Below are positions 9,881 to 21,903 of a stretch of DNA of 64,000 nt, piece by piece. The stretch's first letter is position 1, and every line of letters begins with the position of its first letter. Where the stretch lies: assembly GCA_051003195.1 (NCBI GenBank), contig JBPCLP010000008.1, positions 168,999 through 232,998 of the forward strand, given 5' to 3'. Both the position numbers and the translations under genes were made by a program. The notes beneath the pieces are model-generated. The model was given only the letters and a program-made list of their open reading frames with translations. It ran no database searches and had not been told where the DNA came from. The stretch is from Candidatus Sumerlaeaceae bacterium (lineage in GTDB: Bacteria; Sumerlaeota; Sumerlaeia; Sumerlaeales; Sumerlaeaceae).

Positions 9881-12800
9881 ATGAAACGGCACAGGGGCGG
9901 GGACTTTACAGCCAGGAGAACTACATTTGCAATGTGGCTGCTGCTGGCCGTTTGGTCAGGCCTTACTGCTCCCGCGGATGCAGAGGAGACAACGCATGCC
10001 CTGTCCGAAATTGTGCCTCCGGCACTGGGCTATGACCTCAGCACCCAGCCATGGTTTGCATCTGCCGACCTTCCACCAGAATCCAGCCCGGCGAGAATAC
10101 GAGAGCTGGCTACCGCGACCAGTCCGACGGTCATCCTGCGTTCAGGAACCGCAACGAAGTCCGGCATATTGTTTTGCATTCTATCGCTTCGTGAAACAGC
10201 GGATCAGCAACTCGGTGGCCGAATCACCATCGGTGACATTGATGGCGAAGACGAAGCATATTTCAACGGCGTGAAAATCGGTGAGAGCCACGGTTGGGGC
10301 GTCACCGATTTGGGAATTCCGCGACAATATGACATACCCCCCGCGGCATTGCGGGCCGGAGAGAACGTGTTGGCGCTGCGTATTTTCGCCTGGCGAAACA
10401 AGCCAACGTTCGGAATCAAACGTCTGCCGCTGACGTTTGCATTTACTGCGCCGCAGGAACCCCGGCCGAATACAATGGAGGCTGCGGCACGCCACGATGC
10501 GATAGACGCCGATCGTGCGCGCAGAGCGATTTTTGCGGCAGATCCCGAACTCAGCTCGACCGAGCGGCTCCACCGCAAACGACCTGGATTTGGCAGGTTC
10601 GGAGAATTTCTGTTCGATGGGCTTCCGGCGATGGCGGAGGTCAGCCCCACCCGCATTTCCTCCCGGAAAGGTCCGGTAATTGAAATCGCACTGGACGACG
10701 TTTCCTCCGCGTCAGTTGTAAATGATACAGCCCTGCCCGGAGTGGATCCGTGGCACAAACTCACGCGTGTCGTCGGCACCTCGTCTCAGCAGGTAATCCA
10801 GTATACAGTGCATTCCAATGTGCTGTACCCAGGCGCCATACTGAAGCTGGAGAAAGGCGCAGTGCTTCCGCTTCGCGTGCGCCTTGCAGGCCGGGCAGGA
10901 GTGATTTTGCAGGCGAGTCCCGAAGAGCTGAACCACGCTGGTGTTCGAGTGTCGAAAAAAAGCACGGTAGATGTTTATGTTCTGGGCGACGCGGCTACTG
11001 CCACTCCGCCGGCAGTTCTCGTTCTTTCTGGCTTATCTGCCAACATAACGCGATCTAACGACCAACTGGAAATCGCCCTTGCCGCAAAAGACGCGAAGCG
11101 AGGCGGTCATGTGTACATTTGTTTTCCGACCGGGATCAGAAGCATTTTGCCGAAGTCAAAGTTCGCGTCTGTCTCTGAGCTCGCAGCGACCGCCGACCCG
11201 GGATCAACCCAGTCCACCCTGAACCGATGGCTGCGGCTCGCAGTGAATGAGCCGGTCGCCACGGATGAGTACTTTCGTGTATTGCCCGAACGTGGAGCAG
11301 TACGCGTCTATCAGCTTTCAAGCTTTAAGGCTCCTGCTGGGTTGAGCGGGCTGCCACCCTTGCTGTTCAGGCCGCCGCAGTTGGATTTTGCGGTACAAAC
11401 CCTTAGGTATCCTGTAGCGGGGCAGGAGACGACAGCAAGTGGCTTGATCACGTTCTCGGGCGAAGCCTGCTACGCGGTTCAGGATTCGCGCACGAGCGGT
11501 TCTGAGACGAGCGATTCTTCGCGAGACGATATTCATCTGACATGGTACGACCTGCCTGTACCTCCGATGAAAGAGCGCGGCATGCTCGCGGCTCCCGGGC
11601 AGAAGCAGATGCGCGAACTGTTGCTCAAGTGGATCATGAGCGATGTTGGATCTTCAGACACCCTGAACGGCGTCGATGCGCTTTATAAGTCCCGGTGCCA
11701 GGCCTTTCAATCGTGGAGCTACCTGACAACAGACACGAGGCATCGGCTGACGCAGGATTCGACTGAGCTCCTGCCGATTGCCCTGAGTGATCGGTTCTGG
11801 CACGTACATACCGAGCCGTTATCCGGCCTTCAGTACTGGTGGACCTATTTTATCGAAGGCCCGTACTTTGATCGCTTCGACCAGGACTGGGGCAACGGGC
11901 TGTCTTTGTACGGTCTATACACCTTCATCAAGTACACGGGCCAATGGGAGCTCGCGCGGGCGCACTGGGATGCGATCGAGCGAATCTTTAGCTGGTTTAC
12001 CGTAACGGATGACTGGGAATGGATGCGGGCTTCAAACGGCGCACATGGGCACGGAACGGGGGCGGGTGATTGCGAATCAGCTACGTTTGCGGCGTGCGTA
12101 GCGTACGCGCGGCTTGCCGAAGGAGCTGGCCGCGCAGACGAATACGAGTACGGAATCTACATGGCTTCACGCGCGGCTGTTTTTGCCCTGACGCGATTTG
12201 CGTACGACGACTTCGCGCGCGAATATGGGCTTGGCGAAACCAAAAGCCAGGTGCTCGGTTTTCACGAAGGGCAGGGATTCCTGGTCGGAGAACTCGACCG
12301 TTACCCGTGGAACGTGACATCTGCGATCTCGGGCAATGGTATTCAACCTGGCAACTTTGATTTGTACCTCAAGTATGCGCCGGAGACTCTGAGATCTTAC
12401 GAGCAGACGTTCGAGGCAGCTTATCCGAACTGGTCGAATGCGCAGTACCGATACAATTTCCCTACTTTGTACAAAGGTAATTCAGGCTACATCACATTGC
12501 CGCATATCTACCTGCGCGCGCGGCTCGGTATGGAGAGCTCTGATGTGTTGCATGACCTGATTCACAAGGCGGCCGAAAATCCTCACCTGTGGTGGTTGGC
12601 TCCGCCGGTAATAGCAGAGGTTATGCACAGCAAAACGGAAAGTGCCTACGTGTCCGACTGGGGCCGGTGCGCTTTCCTCGGAGGCGAAATGGTCAAAGAC
12701 TCCGAAGGCGATAAGCGTCGCGTACGTTGCATCATGCGATTCGACAACCGTGAAGCGCCCAACGCGGTCGAAATTGTCCTGCCGAAAAAGCCGCAGAATT

Positions 12801-12910
12801 TCCAGATTAACGATGGCCCGGTACCGCTCACCGACAGTCAGTTGGAAGGCAATGAGCTGAGACTAAAACTTCGCCGTCCGGGCCTCAATACAGTTGTGGT
12901 GCAGTATTGA
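9881..12910 (+). CDS. Large secreted hypothetical protein; N-terminal galactose-binding-like domain, aromatic/acidic helical C-terminal region (possible glycoside hydrolase); start uncertain
   Basis: Long ORF with signal-like segment. IGDIDGEDEAYFNGVKIG...RQYDIPPAALRAGENVLALRI resembles the sugar-binding beta-sandwich of GH2/sialate esterases. Confidence 0.6.
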   Translation: MKRHRGGDFTARRTTFAMWLLLAVWSGLTAPADAEETTHALSEIVPPALGYDLSTQPWFASADLPPESSPARIRELATATSPTVILRSGTATKSGILFCILSLRETADQQLGGRITIGDIDGEDEAYFNGVKIGESHGWGVTDLGIPRQYDIPPAALRAGENVLALRIFAWRNKPTFGIKRLPLTFAFTAPQEPRPNTMEAAARHDAIDADRARRAIFAADPELSSTERLHRKRPGFGRFGEFLFDGLPAMAEVSPTRISSRKGPVIEIALDDVSSASVVNDTALPGVDPWHKLTRVVGTSSQQVIQYTVHSNVLYPGAILKLEKGAVLPLRVRLAGRAGVILQASPEELNHAGVRVSKKSTVDVYVLGDAATATPPAVLVLSGLSANITRSNDQLEIALAAKDAKRGGHVYICFPTGIRSILPKSKFASVSELAATADPGSTQSTLNRWLRLAVNEPVATDEYFRVLPERGAVRVYQLSSFKAPAGLSGLPPLLFRPPQLDFAVQTLRYPVAGQETTASGLITFSGEACYAVQDSRTSGSETSDSSRDDIHLTWYDLPVPPMKERGMLAAPGQKQMRELLLKWIMSDVGSSDTLNGVDALYKSRCQAFQSWSYLTTDTRHRLTQDSTELLPIALSDRFWHVHTEPLSGLQYWWTYFIEGPYFDRFDQDWGNGLSLYGLYTFIKYTGQWELARAHWDAIERIFSWFTVTDDWEWMRASNGAHGHGTGAGDCESATFAACVAYARLAEGAGRADEYEYGIYMASRAAVFALTRFAYDDFAREYGLGETKSQVLGFHEGQGFLVGELDRYPWNVTSAISGNGIQPGNFDLYLKYAPETLRSYEQTFEAAYPNWSNAQYRYNFPTLYKGNSGYITLPHIYLRARLGMESSDVLHDLIHKAAENPHLWWLAPPVIAEVMHSKTESAYVSDWGRCAFLGGEMVKDSEGDKRRVRCIMRFDNREAPNAVEIVLPKKPQNFQINDGPVPLTDSQLEGNELRLKLRRPGLNTVVVQY

Positions 12911-12919
12911 AAGGTCGCC

Positions 12920-12961
12920 TGAATAGACTGTGGCAATCATCCGATTGCCGCAGTCTATTCA
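12920..12961. terminator. 19-bp stem hairpin between convergent genes (likely bidirectional terminator)
   Basis: TGAATAGACTGTGGCAATC-ATCC-GATTGCCGCAGTCTATTCA. Confidence 0.65.
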
Positions 12962-13072
12962 AGAACTGTACTAATGTGCCGAATCAGTAGTTCCTTACCA
13001 GACCATAGGGGCAGGGTGACCTGGATTCGGCACACAGAACAGATTACGAACTAACGGTAGACCCCACCAGGT

Positions 13073-13534
13073 TTAGTAGAGATTCCAGTCGTTAATACCT
13101 GAGACCGCAGATACTGCGATGGAATAGCTGGCACCAGTTGCCACGTTATCGGCACGGTACGCATCCACATAATAGGTGCCGGAGCTACTGGGCGTGAAGC
13201 TGAATACCTCTGCCTGGCCTGCGCCGCCACTGTCATGGACCGGCGGTTGAGTTGTGCCAGCCGAATTCTGAATCTCGATGCCGATGTCCAGTTGTGGCAA
13301 TCCACTCGTAGTAGCATTGAAATTATACTGGGTTCCGGCAGTTGCGGTCCAACGGAAAAAGTCTTCACCGCCGGCACCATCTTCAGCCAAAGTGCCAGTT
13401 AGTGTGTCCGGCACAGTAAATGACACCGCACCACCACGAACGTTGTTGGATCCATCTTCCAGACCCTCACTGACAGACCAGCCAATTCCAACCGGCATGC
13501 ACAAAATGAAAGCCGACAAATATCTTAGCTTCAT
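13073..13534 (-). CDS. Small secreted PPC-like beta-sandwich protein with C-terminal VSGINDWNLY tail
   Basis: RBS GAGGAG, signal peptide, EDFFRWTATAGTQY and FTPSSSGTYYV (pre-peptidase C-terminal-like pattern). Confidence 0.75.
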   Translation of the reverse strand: MKLRYLSAFILCMPVGIGWSVSEGLEDGSNNVRGGAVSFTVPDTLTGTLAEDGAGGEDFFRWTATAGTQYNFNATTSGLPQLDIGIEIQNSAGTTQPPVHDSGGAGQAEVFSFTPSSSGTYYVDAYRADNVATGASYSIAVSAVSGINDWNLY

Positions 13535-13706
13535 GAACATCTCCTCGTTTGATTTCACAGCGCCGAAGTAATTTGACTGCTGCGGTATGAGACGCAAGTA
13601 GTTTATGGTGCGATGACTGCCGCCAGTAATAAAATCGAGTAATCTTGTCGGCATACGAGTTTATTTAGCTAAGCCGCTGATTCCATTGCCGTAAGCTTCG
13701 TTCTGA

Positions 13707-14969
13707 TCAGGTCCGCTTTCCTTTGTCACGACCGCCTTCCGCCTGGGCGATGGCAGGCTTCTTGAGTGTGCGCGGAGGTACCTTTTTGGCCGTTGCGGTG
13801 GAGGCGACTTCCTTCTCCGGTTCGTCTGCTGCTACACCCGGCGCCTTTGATTTTACAGGTCCGGAACCGCGAAGCGTAACTACCGTCTTGCCGCCACGAG
13901 TGGCTGTCCCGGTTTTCCGGGGAGACGCCTCCGCCACCTCGACCGTAATTTTCTCTGGCTTCGCAATGGACCGAACAGTCGGAGCTTTGGGTTGAACCGG
14001 CTTAGGCTTTGACGCGGTTGCAACAACGCGAACTGCCGGTGCAGTTGCTCTTGCCGCGACCGGTGCTGGTTGGGCCGCTGGCACGGCTGCCGGCGACGCA
14101 GAAGCTATGGCTGTGTCGATGCGAGGGCCTTGCCGGTCCGGGACACCGCGGTCTTTGTCCCTGACCAGAACCGTTGGTGCAACAGGATCAGACTCGAATT
14201 GCGCGAAATGCCGAGGCAGGAAATCGTAGCGGAGCCACCCCAGGTATGCGCAGGCGACCTCGATGTTCTTCTGGGGATCAAACACACCGCTCCCGTATTC
14301 CCAGTCCAAACCATACTTTTGTTTAATTTCAGACCAGACCACAGGCATTACCTGCATCAGGCCACTGGCTCCTGCCCCGCTGACACACGAATTGCGAAAG
14401 TCGGACTCGGTTTTCATAATCGCGCGGATCATTTGCGGGTCCAACCCGTATTTTTGAGCGGCTTGCTGGATAAAAGGCTCATATTCCGTCTGGCTGAGGT
14501 CCTGCATGTAGTATTTCAGCACACGAGGGGCGTAGTTTTGCGTCTCGCGAAAGGGAACGTTACCCCGGTATTTTAGCAAGGCATAGGGCCCGGCATTGTA
14601 AGCCTGTAGCCACAGCCTCGCTTGCTCCCGGTCGAGCGGTTGCGCGATAAAGTTATCCTGGTTGAGAGGTGCGGAAGTACCGCTGGCGTGGGTCGCGAGT
14701 TTCCAGGTCGCGTCCACCATCGAGGGAAGATCGCGTCGTCGATCAGGTTGATTTGAGGTTTCCTGCAATAAACCGGGGTTGCTTGCAAGAGCGACAAGTT
14801 TAGTAAAATCATAGCGTGACGTCTGATCTGCTGGGCTCTTGGGCTTCGGCTCCGGGGCTTTCGGACCCGTTGTTGCAACGCCTTTGGTGTGCGCGAACAT
14901 TGCCATGGCGACCTGAAAGCCCATGGCAAGCCGACTACGGTATCTTAGCATATCCCTGAACATCTTCAT
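13707..14969 (-). CDS. Lytic transglycosylase (SLT/GH23) with permuted motif order and Ala/Pro/Lys-rich tail
   Basis: AIMKTESDF (catalytic Glu), GASGLMQVMP and DPQKNI. The AYNAG and ETQNY motifs occur N-terminal to these. Confidence 0.85.
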   Translation of the reverse strand: MKMFRDMLRYRSRLAMGFQVAMAMFAHTKGVATTGPKAPEPKPKSPADQTSRYDFTKLVALASNPGLLQETSNQPDRRRDLPSMVDATWKLATHASGTSAPLNQDNFIAQPLDREQARLWLQAYNAGPYALLKYRGNVPFRETQNYAPRVLKYYMQDLSQTEYEPFIQQAAQKYGLDPQMIRAIMKTESDFRNSCVSGAGASGLMQVMPVVWSEIKQKYGLDWEYGSGVFDPQKNIEVACAYLGWLRYDFLPRHFAQFESDPVAPTVLVRDKDRGVPDRQGPRIDTAIASASPAAVPAAQPAPVAARATAPAVRVVATASKPKPVQPKAPTVRSIAKPEKITVEVAEASPRKTGTATRGGKTVVTLRGSGPVKSKAPGVAADEPEKEVASTATAKKVPPRTLKKPAIAQAEGGRDKGKRT

Positions 14970-15156
14970 GCCTTCCTCCGGGCGGCTACGCATACGCGTT
15001 ATGGAAGAGGTCTTACACGGTTTATCGAGCCGCGAAACGGTTCCAATATAGTTAATAACAAATGGCGGACCATGTCCGCGCTATTTTGTCTAAGATTTGA
15101 ACTTAAAGACTTTGCGCAGGCTCTGAACCGGAATTGGGAACCCGGACTTGAAACGC

Positions 15157-16584
15157 TTACAAGTTACCGAATCGCCGTTTTGCTCTTTCAAGCACGGCAC
15201 GGATTTTTGTATCCGCTGCCTTTGCGGCCTGCTCAACGGTTGCCTGGGGATTGCCGGTGCCAGGATTTACGAGGACCGCCTTCTGCACTTCCTGCTGGAG
15301 TACCCTGTCGATCCGCTCTCCGCCCGGTACCAGCGGCGACATTACGCCGTCCGGGAAGAGACTGAACACCGCGCTGAGACGCGGATCATCTGCAAACGGA
15401 TCTCCCGCGCTGATACGTGAAGGGTACACATTCTCATATTTCAGGACGCGCTGACCTTCGCCACTCACGAGGTACAGTGCGAATTCGGCAGCCAGTCGGC
15501 GGCGCTCCGGGTCTTTTTGGCGAAAGACAACATACGTGCCCAGGCCGGAGGATGCGAGTACCGGGGTCGTCATGCTGTCTTTTTGCGGCGGCGCAGCAAT
15601 CATCCAGCGAATTGGTTTTTCCAGCTCTCCCGTGCGCCCGGCGGCCACCTTCCGGCGGTTCGTCGCTTCGATGGCATCGTTTGCGCGTTCCACGGCAGTA
15701 ACGCACCATGCGCCCTGTATGGTACAGGCGCAGGTGCGGCTGTCCCGCCACAGGCTCCAGCTTTGCTCCTGGGTGGCCGCACCGATTCCAGGAGCGGCGA
15801 CTCGGTGCTCAAACTCGAGTGACTGCAATCGCCGCAGCCCCTCTATAAAAGGGGCCTCGGCTACCGTGGATTGGATGATTCCCTCAGGACGCTGCTGCAG
15901 AATACGCCCGCCGAAATTAAAAATAATCGAGTACGCTTCGTACTCCATAGGGCCAAGGTTTGTGACCAGCCCATAAAAATTTGGCTCGGCAGATGTCGTC
16001 GCGCGGTCGCCCGCTGAAGTGCGGGTAAGCGCCTTCATTTTCACGAGGAACTCATCCCAGTTCCATCTGCCGTCTTTCGGTGGGGCAACGCCGAATTTCT
16101 TAAAAAGGTCCAGGTTGAGCAGCATGACATAACACGCCTTGTACCACGGCACCGCATAGACATGGCCCTTGTGGGAAACCGCCTTCAGGTACGCCGGATG
16201 GAAATCGCTGATATCATTCTGCAGATAGCTCTCGAGCGGTTCGAGTACGTCCTGCGCAATAAACCCCGGCAGCCCCGTACTCACCTGGCCGCAGACATCC
16301 GGAGGGCTACCGGATAGAACGGAAAGGGTCAGCTTCTGCTGCCCATCCTGCCATGGTAGCTTTGTATAACGAATACGAACTCCCGGGTGCTCTGCCTGGA
16401 ACCGGGCCATTGCAGACGTCAGATAGTCGTTCGTCCTGGGGAGGTGGGGGAAATCCCAGAACTCCAACGTGATCGGGCCGGACGCGGCGCAAAACCCCGC
16501 AGACAAATGCACGTAGATGGCAACACAGGCAATCACCGGCTTTAAGCGGGTTGGAGGTCGTCGTGCGGATGATCGGCCGGGCAT
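15157..16584 (-). CDS. Carbohydrate ABC transporter extracellular solute-binding protein; start approximate
   Basis: ITLEFWD, FQAEHPGVRI, GSPPDV, VYAVPWY, LNLDLFKKFGV, WNWDEFL (SBP family 1 pattern). Confidence 0.85.
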   Translation of the reverse strand: MPGRSSARRPPTRLKPVIACVAIYVHLSAGFCAASGPITLEFWDFPHLPRTNDYLTSAMARFQAEHPGVRIRYTKLPWQDGQQKLTLSVLSGSPPDVCGQVSTGLPGFIAQDVLEPLESYLQNDISDFHPAYLKAVSHKGHVYAVPWYKACYVMLLNLDLFKKFGVAPPKDGRWNWDEFLVKMKALTRTSAGDRATTSAEPNFYGLVTNLGPMEYEAYSIIFNFGGRILQQRPEGIIQSTVAEAPFIEGLRRLQSLEFEHRVAAPGIGAATQEQSWSLWRDSRTCACTIQGAWCVTAVERANDAIEATNRRKVAAGRTGELEKPIRWMIAAPPQKDSMTTPVLASSGLGTYVVFRQKDPERRRLAAEFALYLVSGEGQRVLKYENVYPSRISAGDPFADDPRLSAVFSLFPDGVMSPLVPGGERIDRVLQQEVQKAVLVNPGTGNPQATVEQAAKAADTKIRAVLERAKRRFGNL

Positions 16585-16639
16585 CGTACGTGGAGCTTGT
16601 TTTTGCCATCTTGGACACGCAAGAACGCGATGTAAGCTC

Positions 16640-19279
<2,640 letters not shown>

Positions 19280-19392
19280 TTGCGGCGGTTGATGTACCAC
19301 GCAGCTGTGCGTCTCATTTGCTTTTTGAAGGAATCCGTCAGCCGGATGTCGGCATAAATTATGAACAGCGCTGCATATTCCACTTGCAATGC

Positions 19393-19410
19393 GTAGAACG
19401 CAAGTTCTAC
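19393..19410. promoter_or_regulatory. Putative LexA operator (SOS box) GTAGAAC-N4-GTTCTAC
   Basis: Perfect 7-bp-arm palindrome 33 nt upstream of lexA, next to TTGCAA (-35-like). Matches the GAAC-N4-GTTC box. Confidence 0.75.
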
Positions 19411-19443
19411 CGCTAAGTTCAACGCTGCTGAGTAAGGACGCAT

Positions 19444-20094
19444 ATGCCAATTCCGAAGCTACCGGATAAACAAAAGAAGATCCTGGAATTTATCCGGTCA
19501 GAACATTCGTCGACGGGTGTGTATCCGTCGGTGCGGGAAATTGCCGCCCATATGGAGTTTAAATCGACCAACACGGTGGATTATCACCTGCGTCGCATGG
19601 AAGCTATGGGTGCCATTGAGCGAGGCGGACGGCGTGCGCGCAGCTTCTCAGTAGCCGGGGGCGACCGTGGTACGACGCGGGCCCGTAGCTCCGGCGGATA
19701 TTACGCTGAGCACGGCGGTGTTCCACTGCTGGGTCGAGTGGCGGCAGGCGAGCCCATCCTTGCTGAGCAGCACTACGACGGGATGGTAAACTTTTCCAGC
19801 CTCTTCCATTGTGATGACCAGACTTTCGCACTTAAGGTGCTGGGCGACAGCATGGTGGAAGCGGGCATTGTCGATGGTGACCTGGTTATTGTGCGCCACC
19901 AGCCAAACGTCGCTAACGGCGAAATCGGTGTGGCGGTCATCGGGAACGAAGCCACCGTAAAACGCATTTACGACGAAGGCTCATCCTGGCGTTTACAGCC
20001 GGAGAACACGACGATGAAGCCCATTGTTGTAAAAAAAGGCGAAGAAGACTTTTCAATCGCTGGCCGCGTGGTCGGTGTTGTGCGGAAAATGTAA
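19444..20094 (+). CDS. lexA: SOS repressor LexA
   Basis: HTH YPSVREIA, cleavage site VAAG, catalytic Ser (GDSM) and Lys (ATVKR). Confidence 0.97.
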   Translation: MPIPKLPDKQKKILEFIRSEHSSTGVYPSVREIAAHMEFKSTNTVDYHLRRMEAMGAIERGGRRARSFSVAGGDRGTTRARSSGGYYAEHGGVPLLGRVAAGEPILAEQHYDGMVNFSSLFHCDDQTFALKVLGDSMVEAGIVDGDLVIVRHQPNVANGEIGVAVIGNEATVKRIYDEGSSWRLQPENTTMKPIVVKKGEEDFSIAGRVVGVVRKM

Positions 20095-20164
20095 TCCGGT
20101 ATAATCTAAACATAAAGGCTCGCAGCAGTGATCCGCTGCAGCCCTCGATTCCAGTGTCGGGTTC

Positions 20165-21301
20165 CTATACAAGCGCCAGTTCTTCATATATGAGCGTATT
20201 GAGCTCCCGATTCCTCTTCTCGTGCTTCGGCTCGCCCGGCAAACCGTTGAAAATAAGTGCAACTGCGAGCTTTTGGAGGGGATCGGCGTAGGCACTCGTA
20301 CTTTGCACTCCGCTGTGGCCAAAGGTGCTCTCTGAAGCATACTTCCCATATCCATACGGTGTGGTTTCAGAACCATATCTGTTAGAATTGATGAGAAAAC
20401 CAAACCCCCAATCAATGCGCCCGTGAAGGGTGCGGTCGACCAGACCGCTTCGGGAGCGTTCGGTCATTGTGCGAACCGTCTTCGGACTGAGAGGCCCCGC
20501 GCCAGCAACCCCATTCCACAGGTCGCTGAGCATGTTATAGAACGCGCACAGTTCGCGGGCCGGACCAAGAGCGCCGCCGCCGGGATTGCGCGCGTGTGCA
20601 CGCAATTCGTTATCTCCCGCCCAAACGGGCACCTGGTGAGTTCGTAGATCGAGTTGATCCCGGGCGCTGTGGTTTGTATCGTGAAGTGGCGCTATCTCGT
20701 CGCTTTCAAGCATGCTGGTATATTGCCCGGAGGGCAGGCCAATCGATGCTTTTTGACAACGGATTGAGCCGAGGACCTCACGTTGAACGTAGGCGTGAAA
20801 AGCTTCGCCCGTAATCCGCTGCAGGATTTCGGCGAGAAGGTACCACGTTGTCTGCGGATCGTATGCCGCGTAATTGCCGGGCACTCGACCCTCGGGAATG
20901 CGAGCGTTGCAGATTTGCGCGATGATTTCATCCCAGTGCAACCGTGGCCAGTCAACGGCCGGTGGCTCGTAGGCATGTGTGTGCGTGAGGAGATTTTGAA
21001 TCTGTATTCCAGATTTGGCATGGGCGGCGAACTCCGGAATGTGATCCGCCACCAAATCCTCCGGCGTGAGCCGGCCCTGCTCCCACAACTGCGCAATGGC
21101 GACTGCGAGGAGCGGTTTGCCTGCCGACAGCCAGAGCATGCGGTGGTCGGTGCGCAGGGGTTTTCCATCGCGCGCCAGGCCAACCGCGAAGTCCGCAACG
21201 ACGCGCCCCTGCAGGGACACACTCATCTGGGCGCCAATGTGCAGGCCCCTTTCGATACCTTGCTGTAAGAGGGCCGTACAGCGCGGGAGCTCGTTAATCA
21301 C
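20165..21301 (-). CDS. Serine hydrolase, beta-lactamase family
   Basis: SAGK (SxxK), LLTHT, FGHSG; start approximate. Confidence 0.88.
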   Translation of the reverse strand: MINELPRCTALLQQGIERGLHIGAQMSVSLQGRVVADFAVGLARDGKPLRTDHRMLWLSAGKPLLAVAIAQLWEQGRLTPEDLVADHIPEFAAHAKSGIQIQNLLTHTHAYEPPAVDWPRLHWDEIIAQICNARIPEGRVPGNYAAYDPQTTWYLLAEILQRITGEAFHAYVQREVLGSIRCQKASIGLPSGQYTSMLESDEIAPLHDTNHSARDQLDLRTHQVPVWAGDNELRAHARNPGGGALGPARELCAFYNMLSDLWNGVAGAGPLSPKTVRTMTERSRSGLVDRTLHGRIDWGFGFLINSNRYGSETTPYGYGKYASESTFGHSGVQSTSAYADPLQKLAVALIFNGLPGEPKHEKRNRELNTLIYEELALV

Positions 21302-21345
21302 AGGCGTTGTTTCCGGCGAGATGAGTTTCGCCTCACGCTACAGCT

Positions 21346-21807
21346 TCAATCGAAGTGCGACTTTGCTTTCTCGAAGCTCTTTCGCAGTTCCCCCAGGGCG
21401 GCTTCGGTACCTGTTGCCATCTCATCCCATGCCTTGCCGCTGCGCGTCTTCAAATCGTCCAGCTTCTTTTCCAGCTCCTCTTTGCGGCGTTCGAGATCGG
21501 GCAACTGTTCCTGGATACGCGCTTTTGCATCCGCGCCCGCCCGGGCTACCCGGGTCTTCAGATCCGCGAGGTTTACGTCGAGCTTCTTTACTTCCTTCTC
21601 CAGTCGTGTCTGCGCCTGGTCTTTCGTCTCGACGGCAAGCGCGCCCGCAGCAGAAAGCGTTTCGCTTGTGCCGCGCTTCAGGCGCTCGACATTATCGTCA
21701 CGCTCCAGCTTCTCAGCATGTGCCGGGTGGTCTGCACATCCCGCCATAGCCAGCAGCGTGCAGAGAGAGCAAAGCGGCCACCAATTCCTGATCGTATGTT
21801 TTTTCAT
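21346..21807 (-). CDS. Putative lipoprotein, coiled-coil (sll1863-like stress protein)
   Basis: Lipobox LAMAGC, charged helical body, AWDEMATG..A..EL..SFEKA. Confidence 0.7.
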   Translation of the reverse strand: MKKHTIRNWWPLCSLCTLLAMAGCADHPAHAEKLERDDNVERLKRGTSETLSAAGALAVETKDQAQTRLEKEVKKLDVNLADLKTRVARAGADAKARIQEQLPDLERRKEELEKKLDDLKTRSGKAWDEMATGTEAALGELRKSFEKAKSHFD

Positions 21808-21903
21808 GTGCGACGTCTTCCGCCTCGTTGCGCCAATTGCAATCCCGCAGTGCAATCCTGCGCTTTTGCTTGCCTCGCTTCTGACGTTCAACTTGCTGGC
21901 GGT

